A stretch of DNA of 64,000 bases from an uncultured archaeon (GCA_964347045.1 CAYFXC010000003.1:102701-166700), one strand, 5' to 3'. Positions 9,294 to 19,394 are shown, counted from the stretch's first letter. Notes: generated by a model not told the origin, from the sequence alone. Translations and numbers: made by a program.

Positions 9294-10331
9294 TTATTTG
9301 GTATTTTCTTTGGGTTCCGTAATGCGGATCCAGCCTTTCCTTATCACCCAAATTAGTGGGATGATAATTGCTGGAACAACAATCAGTAACTGAATTTGCC
9401 AAGTATACACAGGAATCCCGTATGGTAGATAGAATAGGGGCAAGGGCCAAAAGACGTTATACATCCCTAGGATGTTCGCAACAAGGGATGGAACCGCAAC
9501 GGTAACAGTAATTGCAGTCAAGATCACGATTACCCGGTTCAAGCGATTGGCGAGTAATATCGAATGTAATGAGACAAGGTCCGTTAGGTTGCGTGCATTA
9601 ATCTCCAGAGCTTGTTGTTGTCGTTCTAGTTCTGAAATAGTTGTGCTAAGAAGTGCTCTCAACTCATCTGTTAGTTGCAAATTGCGCGGAACGTGTTGAA
9701 GCATCATATCGATGAATTGACGCTGAGAGGTAAGATGTTGGTAAAATTCGTTTTGAAGAGAGCGAATTCGCTGGATTTCTGAAAGTAATGTATTGATGTC
9801 GATATCAGCGTATCTCGATTCCAATTCTTTGGTTGCTTCTACAATTTGATTAATTATTAGTGCGTTTCGCTCTATAATTTCTTGTACAATACGAACAGCA
9901 ACTAAAGATGGATTCACTTGTTGTCCGGAAGTCACAAGGTTTCTAAGGGTTTCTTCAACTTCAACAATGGCATCATCTGGGATTCTCTTGCCAACGGTAG
10001 CAACCATTTTCTCTCCTAATAATATCAGAACTGGTTCTGAATGCTGTATTGGTTCTAGAACTATGGTTGGTACATGAAATGCTGAGTAGTCATAAAATCT
10101 ATGATAACGACCTTTGTGTGATTGTTCTAAAACGCGGGAGAGGCTTTTTGAATCAACTGACAAGAACAAACCTAGTTCACTATACTCCTCTGCGATGGGG
10201 TCTACAGCAGAAAGCCAAATGAAATCAGTTTTCCTCCAGATTTTCTGGAAATCTTCACCTTTTGCTAGTTTATGAAACTCATTGTTTCTGGTATAGTACA
10301 CTTGTAGCATAGTGATCCTAAACCTCCACAA
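9294..10331 (-). CDS. corA: CorA-family divalent cation transporter (true start may be ~10310)
   Basis: FIWL N-terminal domain, long stalk helix, NRLNRVIVILT, P.LVA.ILGMYN, two C-terminal TM helices. Confidence 0.85.
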   Translation of the reverse strand: MWRFRITMLQVYYTRNNEFHKLAKGEDFQKIWRKTDFIWLSAVDPIAEEYSELGLFLSVDSKSLSRVLEQSHKGRYHRFYDYSAFHVPTIVLEPIQHSEPVLILLGEKMVATVGKRIPDDAIVEVEETLRNLVTSGQQVNPSLVAVRIVQEIIERNALIINQIVEATKELESRYADIDINTLLSEIQRIRSLQNEFYQHLTSQRQFIDMMLQHVPRNLQLTDELRALLSTTISELERQQQALEINARNLTDLVSLHSILLANRLNRVIVILTAITVTVAVPSLVANILGMYNVFWPLPLFYLPYGIPVYTWQIQLLIVVPAIIIPLIWVIRKGWIRITEPKENTK

Positions 10332-10397
10332 TTTGGCTGGACCAACAATTCATGTATTAGGAGGAGGGGGTATTAAAAGATTGAAAATTAGCACGAC

Positions 10398-11504
10398 CTA
10401 CTTCATTCGACGTGAAAGTGTTATAGTCTCACCCTTTAGTTCTAGAAGTCCTGCCCGGACAAGTTCTTGTACACGTCGTCGGGCTTCGTAAATACCCACA
10501 CCTAGAATCTTACTCATCTCTTCAAGGGTGCGTTGACCAGTTTCACGCACCAATAAGTAAATTCGATATTTAGAATCTTTTTCAAGAGCTTTTTTCAAAT
10601 GGTCCAGCTCAACTTCCAAATCGTTGACTCGCCGCCGTAAAACAGTTGTATCTTGCACGGCTTCTCGTTGTACAATTTCTACAGTTCGAAGTTTAGATGC
10701 CTCTTCTTGAGCGTCTTGAGCCAAATCCTTTTTCACAAGTATGTCTTTTTGCAGAGCAACCAGTTCTACATCGCGTTTTTTAATGACTTCACGTAACTTC
10801 CCAATCTGTTCAGCCATTGCCTCTAGCTGAATTAACAGGTGCTCTTCTCGCTCTTTTGATGTGTTTTCTAAATTTTTGTGATCTTTTTCAAGTTTCAGAA
10901 GCTTCTGTGTAGCCTCTGAAAGTTCCCCTTTTGTTCCTTTGAGCTTTTTCGTCTTATCTTTTTCGCTAATAGTGACCTTGTTCAATTCAGTTTCTAAGTC
11001 AGTTATCTGCTTTTGTAGTTCTGCGTTATCATTATTTGCTTGATCAAGTTGTTGAGTAAGGGAGGCTACCTGTTCATTAAGAACTGCTTTCTTAGTGCTA
11101 GTTTCATCAACTTGATTTAGAAGATCAGCAACCTGCTTAGAAATCTCTTGATTCTCATGTTTTACTTTCCTAAATTCAGCAGTTAACGATGTAATTTCAT
11201 CACGCAATAGAGCTGTTTCATCTTCGATTTCTTCACTTATTGCTTCAACATGTTCTGCTGGCGTTTCGGTGACTTCTTTCTCCGATAAAATTTCTGACGG
11301 GTCGTCAATTAGTTCAGTATTTGGTTCTTCTGTGGGTTCTTCTGTGGGTTCTTCTGTGGGTTCTTCTGTGGGTTCTTCTGTGGGTTCAGAAACGGGCTCA
11401 TCAACAGGTTCGATTGTGTATTCGCTTTTTTGTTCTCCTAGTTTTCGATATCTCCATTTCTTATCAGTTGAATTTGGTGAGTCCTCAGGCAGCTCAAATG
11501 GCAT
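10398..11504 (-). CDS. Acidic PTEE-repeat region + long coiled coil + C-terminal winged-helix protein
   Basis: Heptad-rich region of ~200 aa; C-terminal KYRIYLLV..TGQRTLEEMSKILGV...ARRRVQELVRAGLLELKG wHTH pattern. Confidence 0.75.
   Translation of the reverse strand: MPFELPEDSPNSTDKKWRYRKLGEQKSEYTIEPVDEPVSEPTEEPTEEPTEEPTEEPTEEPNTELIDDPSEILSEKEVTETPAEHVEAISEEIEDETALLRDEITSLTAEFRKVKHENQEISKQVADLLNQVDETSTKKAVLNEQVASLTQQLDQANNDNAELQKQITDLETELNKVTISEKDKTKKLKGTKGELSEATQKLLKLEKDHKNLENTSKEREEHLLIQLEAMAEQIGKLREVIKKRDVELVALQKDILVKKDLAQDAQEEASKLRTVEIVQREAVQDTTVLRRRVNDLEVELDHLKKALEKDSKYRIYLLVRETGQRTLEEMSKILGVGIYEARRRVQELVRAGLLELKGETITLSRRMK
11323..11387. repeat. Perfect 12-bp tandem repeat GGTTCTTCTGTG x5 plus a partial copy, encoding (PTEE)n on the minus strand
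   Basis: Five exact copies at 11323-11382, then GGTTC. Confidence 0.97.
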
Positions 11505-11618
11505 ACGAATTCCCCTTTTAGTACTAGATTATCAATTCAAATACGCAAAAAACTTTGTGGCGCTCTTATACAAGAGTATAGAATCTCGCGTAACACAAAA
11601 TGTCAAAACTACTTCTTT

Positions 11619-12812
11619 TCAGTTCTCATTTTCGAAACAATAGGTTGTGGTTTGAAATTTGTTGGTAAGCGCATGCACTTCTTTTTTGACTTGTTTACGA
11701 TCGGCTCCCTTAAGGCGTTTGGCGATTAATTGTGCAATAACTGGCATTTGCTCGTTTTTCATACCCCGCCGTGTAATTTCTTGTGACCCTAAGCGCACGC
11801 CTGCATCCGCAATGATATCTGCTGCTTCTAATTGGGCACAGAATTTTTGTCCCTGGGCATAGTTTTCTACTTGCAATAATACTTGATGTGACTTTGTATA
11901 TCCCCAATCTTCTCCAATTACCGGAATGTTCATCTCTACTAACGCTTGAGCTAACCTTTGTGAATTCTCGACAACCTGTTTTGCATAGTTTTTCCCAAAA
12001 GTGAGCAATTCAGCTAATGCAATAGCTAATGCTGCGACTCGATGATGATGGTAGTTATCAACTAGCACAGGATAAGGACGTAATGTCAAATCAATTTGCT
12101 CAGCTAGTTCTGGATCTTTTTTCACTAGTACAATTCCTCCTTGAGGACCAAAAAACGTCTTATGTGTACTCCCTAACATGATCTGTGCTCCTTCTTTGAA
12201 GGGGTTCTGGAACTGTTCACCTGCAATAAGACCAAGAACGTGTGATGCATCGTAAACTAATGTTGTTTCTACTTCTTTGCAAATTCGTGTAAGTTCAGCC
12301 ACGGGATGGGGTTTCAAAAAAAAACTTGCCCCTAAGATTACAAGACGTGGACGTACACGTTCAATTAGCTCAATAGCACGCTTTACGTTCATTGTATACC
12401 GATCTGATAGATATGGAAAATAGTGAACCTCAAGTGGAAAACGTGCTTGTAGGTTCAATGGATATCCGCCGTTATCAAAATGTGAAATAACGATCGGGTC
12501 ATTCGGTTGACACAAACCCATAATCACTGACATCAATGAAAGGTGTCCGGATAGGGGTCGAACATTAGCATATTGGGCGTGAAAAAGTTTCGTTGCGGCT
12601 TTAATTGCTAATTCCTCAACCTTCCTAGAATATTTTTGCCCACCATACCATGGTTCATCCCATGCATATCGGTGTCCAAAATCAGAAGCTAGCATTGCCC
12701 GGACTTGTGGGCTGGTTAAATTTTCTGAGGGAATTAGGTTCAAACAATTCTGTCGCCATTGCTCGTGTTCACGAACGATTGAATGGATTGTTTGAGCAAT
12801 TTCTGCACACAT
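11619..12812 (-). CDS. glyA: Serine hydroxymethyltransferase (archaeal type)
   Basis: LIPSEN, HRYA, YGG, NVRPLSG, YDASHVLGLIAG, GSTHKTFFGPQGG (PLP lysine). Confidence 0.96.
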   Translation of the reverse strand: MCAEIAQTIHSIVREHEQWRQNCLNLIPSENLTSPQVRAMLASDFGHRYAWDEPWYGGQKYSRKVEELAIKAATKLFHAQYANVRPLSGHLSLMSVIMGLCQPNDPIVISHFDNGGYPLNLQARFPLEVHYFPYLSDRYTMNVKRAIELIERVRPRLVILGASFFLKPHPVAELTRICKEVETTLVYDASHVLGLIAGEQFQNPFKEGAQIMLGSTHKTFFGPQGGIVLVKKDPELAEQIDLTLRPYPVLVDNYHHHRVAALAIALAELLTFGKNYAKQVVENSQRLAQALVEMNIPVIGEDWGYTKSHQVLLQVENYAQGQKFCAQLEAADIIADAGVRLGSQEITRRGMKNEQMPVIAQLIAKRLKGADRKQVKKEVHALTNKFQTTTYCFENEN

Positions 12813-12926
12813 AATTACTCTACTCCGATTGAAGTTATTGTTGAATCTGGTTATATACTAATTAGAATGTATGTACTTGAACAAGCTTTTTCAATTGATA
12901 CATCTCAAAGCATTTTCTCATTGTAG

Positions 12927-14216
12927 TTGCAGGCGATGATTTTGACCGATGACGATACTTCCGAAGAGGCGCCTTTGAAGCAACAATCAGTCCGGATTTC
13001 TACTCTTTGGTCGTCTTGGCAAATCGGGGCAAATCTATTGTGGGCTTATACTGGGGCACTTGCAGTTGATTTAGGGGCTACTGGAGTTCAGCAAAGCACT
13101 GTAACTGGTGTTCAGACTCTTGGTAATGCTTCAATGCAATGGGCATGGGGAAGTCTGACCGACCGATTTGGACGACGCCCTTTTCTGTTCCTTGGGCTAC
13201 TCGCTATCGGCATGACTGCTGCTTTGGTTCCTTTCGCTCAAAATGCCTGGCAACTCATTTTGCTCTTATTAGTACCTACTATTATCGGAAGTGCCGCAAT
13301 CCCCGCTTGGAATGGCTTGCTCGGAGATATTACGACCATGCAGGGGCGCGGGCGGTTTGTGGGTATAATAACTGCTATTGGTACAATTGCTTCTGCTCTA
13401 ATTCTAGTAATTGTTGGTTTTGTTGCAGTATCTATTGGATTGATGGGTCTAGCCCAATTTCAAGTCCCCATGTATACAGCTGCCATCTCTATGGTAATTG
13501 CGGTAATTTGTGTCTTGGTTCTAACCGAAACTGTTCGCCCCTCAAAACGGCGAGTATTCGAGATACGTCAATCAATTCAGGGGACCCCTCGCTTTGTTCG
13601 GTTTTTAGGTATTAACACTCTCTTCTTCGCTGCTATGGGAGCGGCTTGGCCGCTCTTTCCGATAATTACCCGAGGCATCCTTCATGTTGATTTGTTTTTC
13701 ATTGCGATTTTCACCGCAATTTTTAGCATTAGCTCAGGAATTGCACAACTGTCAGGAGGTTATTTGACGGATCGTTATGGGCGAAAACCCATTATCATTA
13801 TTAGTCGTACTGTGATTTTTATTGCGCCTCTTAGTCATACTTTGGGTGCGATAACGGGGAACTTTTGGTTTCTATTACCAAGTAATATCACCGGGGGTTT
13901 TCTAACCGGATTATTTATTGTTAGTAGTACTGCATGGTTGCTTGATTCCGCACCAAAGATTCACCGGGGAACGATCGTGGCGCTCTTTAATTTCGCTACT
14001 GGCGTGAGTGCATTTTGCGCGGCAATGGTTTCAGGATTTGTGCTAGATTTCCTCGTGCTGTATGTTCCTTATGAAACAGTAGTAATCCTGATGATGCTTT
14101 CAATTGTGGTGATTCGAATCTTTGCTTCATTTGGCTACTTTGGCATTAACGAAACTCTTGTAAAAATCCCTGTACCAACTTTTCCTCATGTTCCAGAACC
14201 TGAAAAGGTTCCCTAA
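12927..14216 (+). CDS. MFS transporter
   Basis: GSLTDRFGRRP and GYLTDRYGRKP motif A in both halves; about 12 TM segments. Confidence 0.92.
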   Translation: MQAMILTDDDTSEEAPLKQQSVRISTLWSSWQIGANLLWAYTGALAVDLGATGVQQSTVTGVQTLGNASMQWAWGSLTDRFGRRPFLFLGLLAIGMTAALVPFAQNAWQLILLLLVPTIIGSAAIPAWNGLLGDITTMQGRGRFVGIITAIGTIASALILVIVGFVAVSIGLMGLAQFQVPMYTAAISMVIAVICVLVLTETVRPSKRRVFEIRQSIQGTPRFVRFLGINTLFFAAMGAAWPLFPIITRGILHVDLFFIAIFTAIFSISSGIAQLSGGYLTDRYGRKPIIIISRTVIFIAPLSHTLGAITGNFWFLLPSNITGGFLTGLFIVSSTAWLLDSAPKIHRGTIVALFNFATGVSAFCAAMVSGFVLDFLVLYVPYETVVILMMLSIVVIRIFASFGYFGINETLVKIPVPTFPHVPEPEKVP

Positions 14217-15571
14217 GGGTTCGGAAACTGGTGTAGAGCGCGGACTAGCTCTGTATAAAATTTCGCGGTTTGCGGAATTGAATCAAGAAGTACATGCTCG
14301 TTAGAACCATGCACACCATATCCAATGGGACCAAAATCTATGGCTTGAATTGGACGGTCAGTAAAATGGCGCGTATCACTTGCCCCACCCAGTTCAATGG
14401 GTTCGGATTCTAGAGTGAGTTGAGTTGCGATAATCTGAGCCATTTGGACTAATTGAGAATCCTGAGGAGTGTTCATGAAGGCTTTGCCAACTCGTACAGA
14501 CATCTCATATTCGATTTGTGCAAGTTTCTCAGATAGAACTGTGTTCAGAGCCTTTTCAATTGGTTGACTGTCAGACGTCATTGCCCTTCCATCAAAATAA
14601 ATCTCCCATCGATTATTTTGCTCATATAACAAATTAGGGCAAAAGGTGATGCCATAATCACTGGGGTAGGTAGGGAATTGTATCCGAGTTATAGGTAATA
14701 GTGCTTGAAGAAGTTTTGTGAGGTTCTGATCACAAGTGCGAGTGTCTTCTTTTACCGAGTGAGTAGCATCAATTCCCTCAAATTCAAACCAATCTGGTAC
14801 TACATTGCTTTTAACGTAGCTTCCAGCGGTTGAAGAGATATTAATATTTGGGTTTTGAAGGAGAAAACTGGATGCAGCAAGTAGAGCGTGTTTATCAACT
14901 CCAGGCAAAAAATAGGCCGAATGCCGAGTTTGTCGTCCGGCATAATTTGTGGTGAATCGGTGTTTTTCGAATTTTCCATTACAAGGCTCCGGGTTTTGTG
15001 GAACCGAAACAGTGACCGAGACCGTGTTTCGTCGACGGGTGACTATTTGCATTCCAACTCCGTCAGCAGTAATTAGGTAATCAGGAAACAGGTCTTGTTT
15101 TTCTAGTCTAGCTCGGACAATCGGTGCTCCATTAATTCCCCCAATTTCTTCATCGCCTGTAATAACAAAAACTATGGTGCCTTCTATTTTGTGTTGAATT
15201 ATTTCTTCTGCTGAAAGGAGTAGAGCGGTTGTGTTTCCTTTGTCATCAGCGGTTCCACGTCCATATCCCATTCTGTCTCGCACCGTTAGCTCAAAAGGAT
15301 CAGTATCCCATCCTGGACCAATAGGAACTACATCAAAATGAGCTAGCAACAAGGTTACTGGACGACCCCTTCCGTGAATGGCAAGAACTGAAAAAAACCC
15401 GTTTTGTTCAAGAATCTGAGCATCATATCCCATCTCTGCTAGACGCTCATTCAGATATTCAGGGCATTCTCGTGTAGGCCGTATCATATTTCCTGGGTCA
15501 TTGACTGTGGGAAATGCGATAAGATGTTGCAATATATTGATGTAATCCAATCCATATTCACTCCATTTCAT
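14213..15571 (-). CDS. M20 metallopeptidase (ArgE/DapE family); start ATG 15571 overlaps the map stop
   Basis: AHFDVVP, YGRGTADDKG, GDEEIGG, GGASD, HGSNE. Confidence 0.92.
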   Translation of the reverse strand: MKWSEYGLDYINILQHLIAFPTVNDPGNMIRPTRECPEYLNERLAEMGYDAQILEQNGFFSVLAIHGRGRPVTLLLAHFDVVPIGPGWDTDPFELTVRDRMGYGRGTADDKGNTTALLLSAEEIIQHKIEGTIVFVITGDEEIGGINGAPIVRARLEKQDLFPDYLITADGVGMQIVTRRRNTVSVTVSVPQNPEPCNGKFEKHRFTTNYAGRQTRHSAYFLPGVDKHALLAASSFLLQNPNINISSTAGSYVKSNVVPDWFEFEGIDATHSVKEDTRTCDQNLTKLLQALLPITRIQFPTYPSDYGITFCPNLLYEQNNRWEIYFDGRAMTSDSQPIEKALNTVLSEKLAQIEYEMSVRVGKAFMNTPQDSQLVQMAQIIATQLTLESEPIELGGASDTRHFTDRPIQAIDFGPIGYGVHGSNEHVLLDSIPQTAKFYTELVRALHQFPNP

Positions 15572-16506
15572 CAATGTCGTGCGGTTGTTACGGTGCATCC
15601 GTTTTTTTCTACTATTAATGTGTGTTCAGCCTGGGCAATAGGGCTTCCATCCTTTAATCCTAATACTGAATAATTATGAATGCATCCCTCTCGTTTAAGC
15701 ACGTTTAGTATTTGGGCTACTTTGTCTGGTTCTACTAGCTCAGCCATCCAACGGGACGCAAAAGGTAATTGACTAAATTTAATTTTCATCTGACTAAAAA
15801 GAGAGCGTAATTTGGGATCCTTTGGATTTCGCACGTGAGTAAATCCAAAAATATGCCCTGGTTCCAAATTATCAACATGAGGATTTTGGCTATAAGTGGC
15901 GAAGGGTTCAATAGCTACAACCATGTTTTCCTTTAACCGAGGCGAGCTTGTACGTTCCGTTGCGTATGTCACCGAAGGAACAGATATTCCAGCATGAAGA
16001 TTAAATTGTTCGATACTATGGCCTGTGAGGTTTTCAATCGGGCGCGTTTTCATCTGTTGCATTGCGGCTGAAATGGCTTTAGATACATTCCAAATGCGGA
16101 TTCCTGCTCGAACGGTGTTAATTGCTGCCTCCAAACCTGCTTCTGCTCCATCAATAAGCTGTTGAAGGCCTTCATCATCACCGACTAAAACAGTTCGAGC
16201 ATTATCTGCAACAAAACCATCTATGTGTACACCCAGATCAATCTTTACGAGAGCAATATCCGGAATTTGCGTAGAATCATCTAAGCTTGGTGTATAATGA
16301 GCCGCATGATGATTTATCGAGATGTTAATAGGAAACGCAGGTTTTCCACCAAGGCTTTGGATTTTAGTTTCTCCTGCTTCAGCAATTGAATATAATGGTT
16401 CACCTGCTTTTACGAGATCACAAGAAAATACTAGTGCTTCCGAAGCGATTTTTCCAGCACGCTGTAATTTTTCGCGTGTTCGTTCAAACATTGCCATATC
16501 ACGCAT
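15571..16506 (-). CDS. map: Methionine aminopeptidase, type II
   Basis: AFP.NIS.N..AAHYTP, KIDLGVHIDGFVAD, NLTGHS, LHAG, AIEPFAT, AQAEHT. Confidence 0.96.
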   Translation of the reverse strand: MRDMAMFERTREKLQRAGKIASEALVFSCDLVKAGEPLYSIAEAGETKIQSLGGKPAFPINISINHHAAHYTPSLDDSTQIPDIALVKIDLGVHIDGFVADNARTVLVGDDEGLQQLIDGAEAGLEAAINTVRAGIRIWNVSKAISAAMQQMKTRPIENLTGHSIEQFNLHAGISVPSVTYATERTSSPRLKENMVVAIEPFATYSQNPHVDNLEPGHIFGFTHVRNPKDPKLRSLFSQMKIKFSQLPFASRWMAELVEPDKVAQILNVLKREGCIHNYSVLGLKDGSPIAQAEHTLIVEKNGCTVTTARH

Positions 16507-16637
16507 ATCAAATCGTTTCCGTTAAGTGGATTTGTCTAATTTCACGTGAAATTAAGACAAAATTTGTCGTTGACTTTAATTTAGGTATTACTCCTAGTTT
16601 AGCTAAAGGTCAAAAAGAGTTAAGAATAGACTTTCCA

Positions 16638-19382
16638 ATGGTTAAGAAAGGTGGATGTAAGCCACTTACCTCGGGGGCTCCGAATGTGACTACATTAGCA
16701 GAGCTTCGCAAGTACTACTCCATGCTAAAAGATATTAGTGCAAAATGTCGGACAATTATGGGTGGTCTCCCTTCTGAAATTAAAACCTCATTGGAAGATG
16801 TGGGACGGGAACTTGTAAGCCTAGAAGGTTTTGATAGGGATGCAAAAACGAGTTGGTCCCTAAGTCCGAAAAAACGTCGTCTTATAAAGCAAATTGATCA
16901 AGGGCTGCCAAAAATCGATGAAGATCTCTCTCGTTCACTTCGACTTCACATTGAGCTGTTGAAGACTTACATGACTGAGCTTGAAGAGCTAAAAGCAACA
17001 ATAATGACTTTTGATATTAAACTAGGACGTGATCTCAACAATCTCACCTTTCCTTCGACACAAGGGGGACATTCAGTTGTTTTGCCGGTTCTTTCACGAT
17101 TTGTAGCTAATTTTGAAGGTCTTTCTAAACAATTACGTGACGCTCTACTAAAGCAAACGAATGATATGCTTGAACAAAATCGGGCGTTGATTAAAACCTA
17201 CGATCGGTTTGTTGGTATTGACACGAGTGATGTTTCAATTAGTGCCGAGCGGGAAACTGTTGATGTGAGTACTATCCCGGAGCTTTTTGAAATTCGCAAG
17301 ACACTACGCCAAGAGCATGAATATCTCACAAGTCGACGTGGCGAAGTTGTTGATACATTACGAGCGAAACTGCAAGCTAGTATTGAATCCTCCGTATCCC
17401 TCTTAGAGACTGCTCGTAGTTTGAGTCTCAAAGTTCCTATGGCTATTTCTACATCACTTGAAGCGCTGAAAAAACAACTCAAAGGTGAGACTAATCTCAC
17501 CACACTTCTCGGGTTGGTTCAACAATATGATGGGCAAGTGTTAAAAGCCTCAAGTGAAGTCAGAAGCCAAATACTTGAATTTGGTCATAATCTTAACCGC
17601 ATTCTTGCTAGCGCTAATATCGCTAGTGAAGCCACTTTTCTTCCTCCTTTACCTCCTGAAGTTCCCAAAGATGCGGATTTAGCTGCGCTAGTTGCAAGCT
17701 ATGAACGCCTACAAGCATACCATACCAATGTTGAAACAGCTATCCGTGCTGAGATCATGCGTATAGTAGATGATTTGACTCGTGCTGTAAAACGGAATGT
17801 GCTTCCAAACACTGCGGAACTAGATAAATTCGTGAAAAATGAATCGAAAAAGGTAAAGAAAGGAGATCTGAAAGTTCTTGTCAAGGTATACTCCGAGGTT
17901 GCGGCTCAAATAATTGATGAACATGGAAAATTACTAGCTGAAATTAGAACTCAAGAAGCTTTACTAACTCGAATCTCAGAAACCGCTAGTACAATTCTTG
18001 ATAAAACCACAATGGGTGCAGCTCCTGCTCCTGTTCGAACCACAGACATTAGCTTCCCTGAGTTGGTTGAGGCGTATGCAAGACTACGAAAGCATGTTGA
18101 GAATCGGATCGATCTGTTCCGAAAAGCTTGGGAACGTGAACTCAACGCGCTTCTTGCTGAAATCCAAGTGATAAAACCAACCTATCGGGAATCTTTCAAA
18201 ACCATGGAAGAATTTTTGGAAAGTGCTATTGCACATATCCGCGCTAGTACTAGTTTCGAGGAAATTGAAGAAGTCGCCCGTGAGGCTCAAGGAGATGCTC
18301 TATATAAAGCGCAAGACGCCATTGAAAATCTCAAATATCGCCTAGATCTCAAACTGCGATTGGCGGTTTCAAAACTTTTAGGTATGGGGTTAACTATTCC
18401 TTCGGAAGTCCAGTCAGCCATTCAAGAACTGACAACGGTGGTCCCCGCTAGTGAAACCTATGAAGAAGCGATTCGTAAGGCCCATCACATTGTTGAACTT
18501 TTCGAAAAACGAATTGTGGGATACTTCAACCAGACTCTTAATGAACAAATCAAAGCCTTCTCAGAGTTAACAAGCGTGTCTGCTTCCTTGGGCATCAAAA
18601 CAGACTCTTATGTCAAAGAATCAATGAAACTGCAGGACAAATTACCCGCAAATATTGAGGAACTCCCTGACCGGTTCGACGAACTTCGTGAATTACTTAC
18701 CGACCCTAAGTTGCTTAAGGATATCCGTTCGAAAGCCAACGAAGTCTGGCGAAATCTCAATTCAGTTACTGATCTTCTTGAACGTCATGGACAAGCCGAG
18801 ATTGTAGCTAAACTAAAGGATCTGCTCGCTCGTGTTCCCGACGCCTTAGAAGCTGAACAAGTAAACACTGTTCTTGAAATTTGTATGGCTCTCATTGAAG
18901 CGCAAAATAGTGTACTTGATATTCTTCGCAACATGGAGCAAAAGACTGGACAAGCATACGAGCAGTTATTAGAAAATACTACCGAATACTACTCAACGAT
19001 TAAAAGAGTATACGCGGCACGACCGCTTGAATTTAGCAAAATCATATTTCCGTTAGATACTTTGCAGAATTTGCGTGGAAAATTAGAAACCGTTAATTCT
19101 CTACCCGAATCTATTGATATATTCACAACCATCCGCAGTTTAGAACAGCAATGGTTAGAAAAAATCAAAGAGCTTGATGAATGGCACAAGGCGCTCCGCG
19201 TTTTCCTCGCTGACTTTAATCCAGCGGCGCCTAAAGCTGAACGTAATCGTCAACTCAACGAAATCGAAAAAAGAATTCGCGAAACCTATACGCGCGAGGA
19301 TACTGCAAACTACCTCACTTGGGCTGCCAGAGAACTTGCAGCTGTCATGATCGAACAAAAAACAAAAGCAAAGAAAAAATAG
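16638..19382 (+). CDS. Large all-alpha-helical repeat/coiled-coil protein (~900 aa; start ATG 16638 or GTG 16686)
   Basis: Long ORF rich in L/E/K/A with no TM segment or catalytic motif; 12 bp before the tubulin-like gene; the ORF-track start at 16386 overlaps map on the other strand. Confidence 0.85.
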   Translation: MVKKGGCKPLTSGAPNVTTLAELRKYYSMLKDISAKCRTIMGGLPSEIKTSLEDVGRELVSLEGFDRDAKTSWSLSPKKRRLIKQIDQGLPKIDEDLSRSLRLHIELLKTYMTELEELKATIMTFDIKLGRDLNNLTFPSTQGGHSVVLPVLSRFVANFEGLSKQLRDALLKQTNDMLEQNRALIKTYDRFVGIDTSDVSISAERETVDVSTIPELFEIRKTLRQEHEYLTSRRGEVVDTLRAKLQASIESSVSLLETARSLSLKVPMAISTSLEALKKQLKGETNLTTLLGLVQQYDGQVLKASSEVRSQILEFGHNLNRILASANIASEATFLPPLPPEVPKDADLAALVASYERLQAYHTNVETAIRAEIMRIVDDLTRAVKRNVLPNTAELDKFVKNESKKVKKGDLKVLVKVYSEVAAQIIDEHGKLLAEIRTQEALLTRISETASTILDKTTMGAAPAPVRTTDISFPELVEAYARLRKHVENRIDLFRKAWERELNALLAEIQVIKPTYRESFKTMEEFLESAIAHIRASTSFEEIEEVAREAQGDALYKAQDAIENLKYRLDLKLRLAVSKLLGMGLTIPSEVQSAIQELTTVVPASETYEEAIRKAHHIVELFEKRIVGYFNQTLNEQIKAFSELTSVSASLGIKTDSYVKESMKLQDKLPANIEELPDRFDELRELLTDPKLLKDIRSKANEVWRNLNSVTDLLERHGQAEIVAKLKDLLARVPDALEAEQVNTVLEICMALIEAQNSVLDILRNMEQKTGQAYEQLLENTTEYYSTIKRVYAARPLEFSKIIFPLDTLQNLRGKLETVNSLPESIDIFTTIRSLEQQWLEKIKELDEWHKALRVFLADFNPAAPKAERNRQLNEIEKRIRETYTREDTANYLTWAARELAAVMIEQKTKAKKK

Positions 19383-19394
19383 GGTTGGATTAAC

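Noticed and set aside
11269-11643. Plus-strand ORFs with SSVG or VLLW repeats; CRISPR-like repeat
   Set aside because: Shadow frames of the PTEE minisatellite; there are no spacers and no cas genes
16386-16637. N-terminal extension of the 998-aa ORF
   Set aside because: It overlaps the map start on the opposite strand and covers the divergent promoter region; the start is more likely 16638 or 16686
16638-19382. SMC/Rad50 or dynamin-like assignment
   Set aside because: No Walker A/B, signature, hinge or zinc-hook motif
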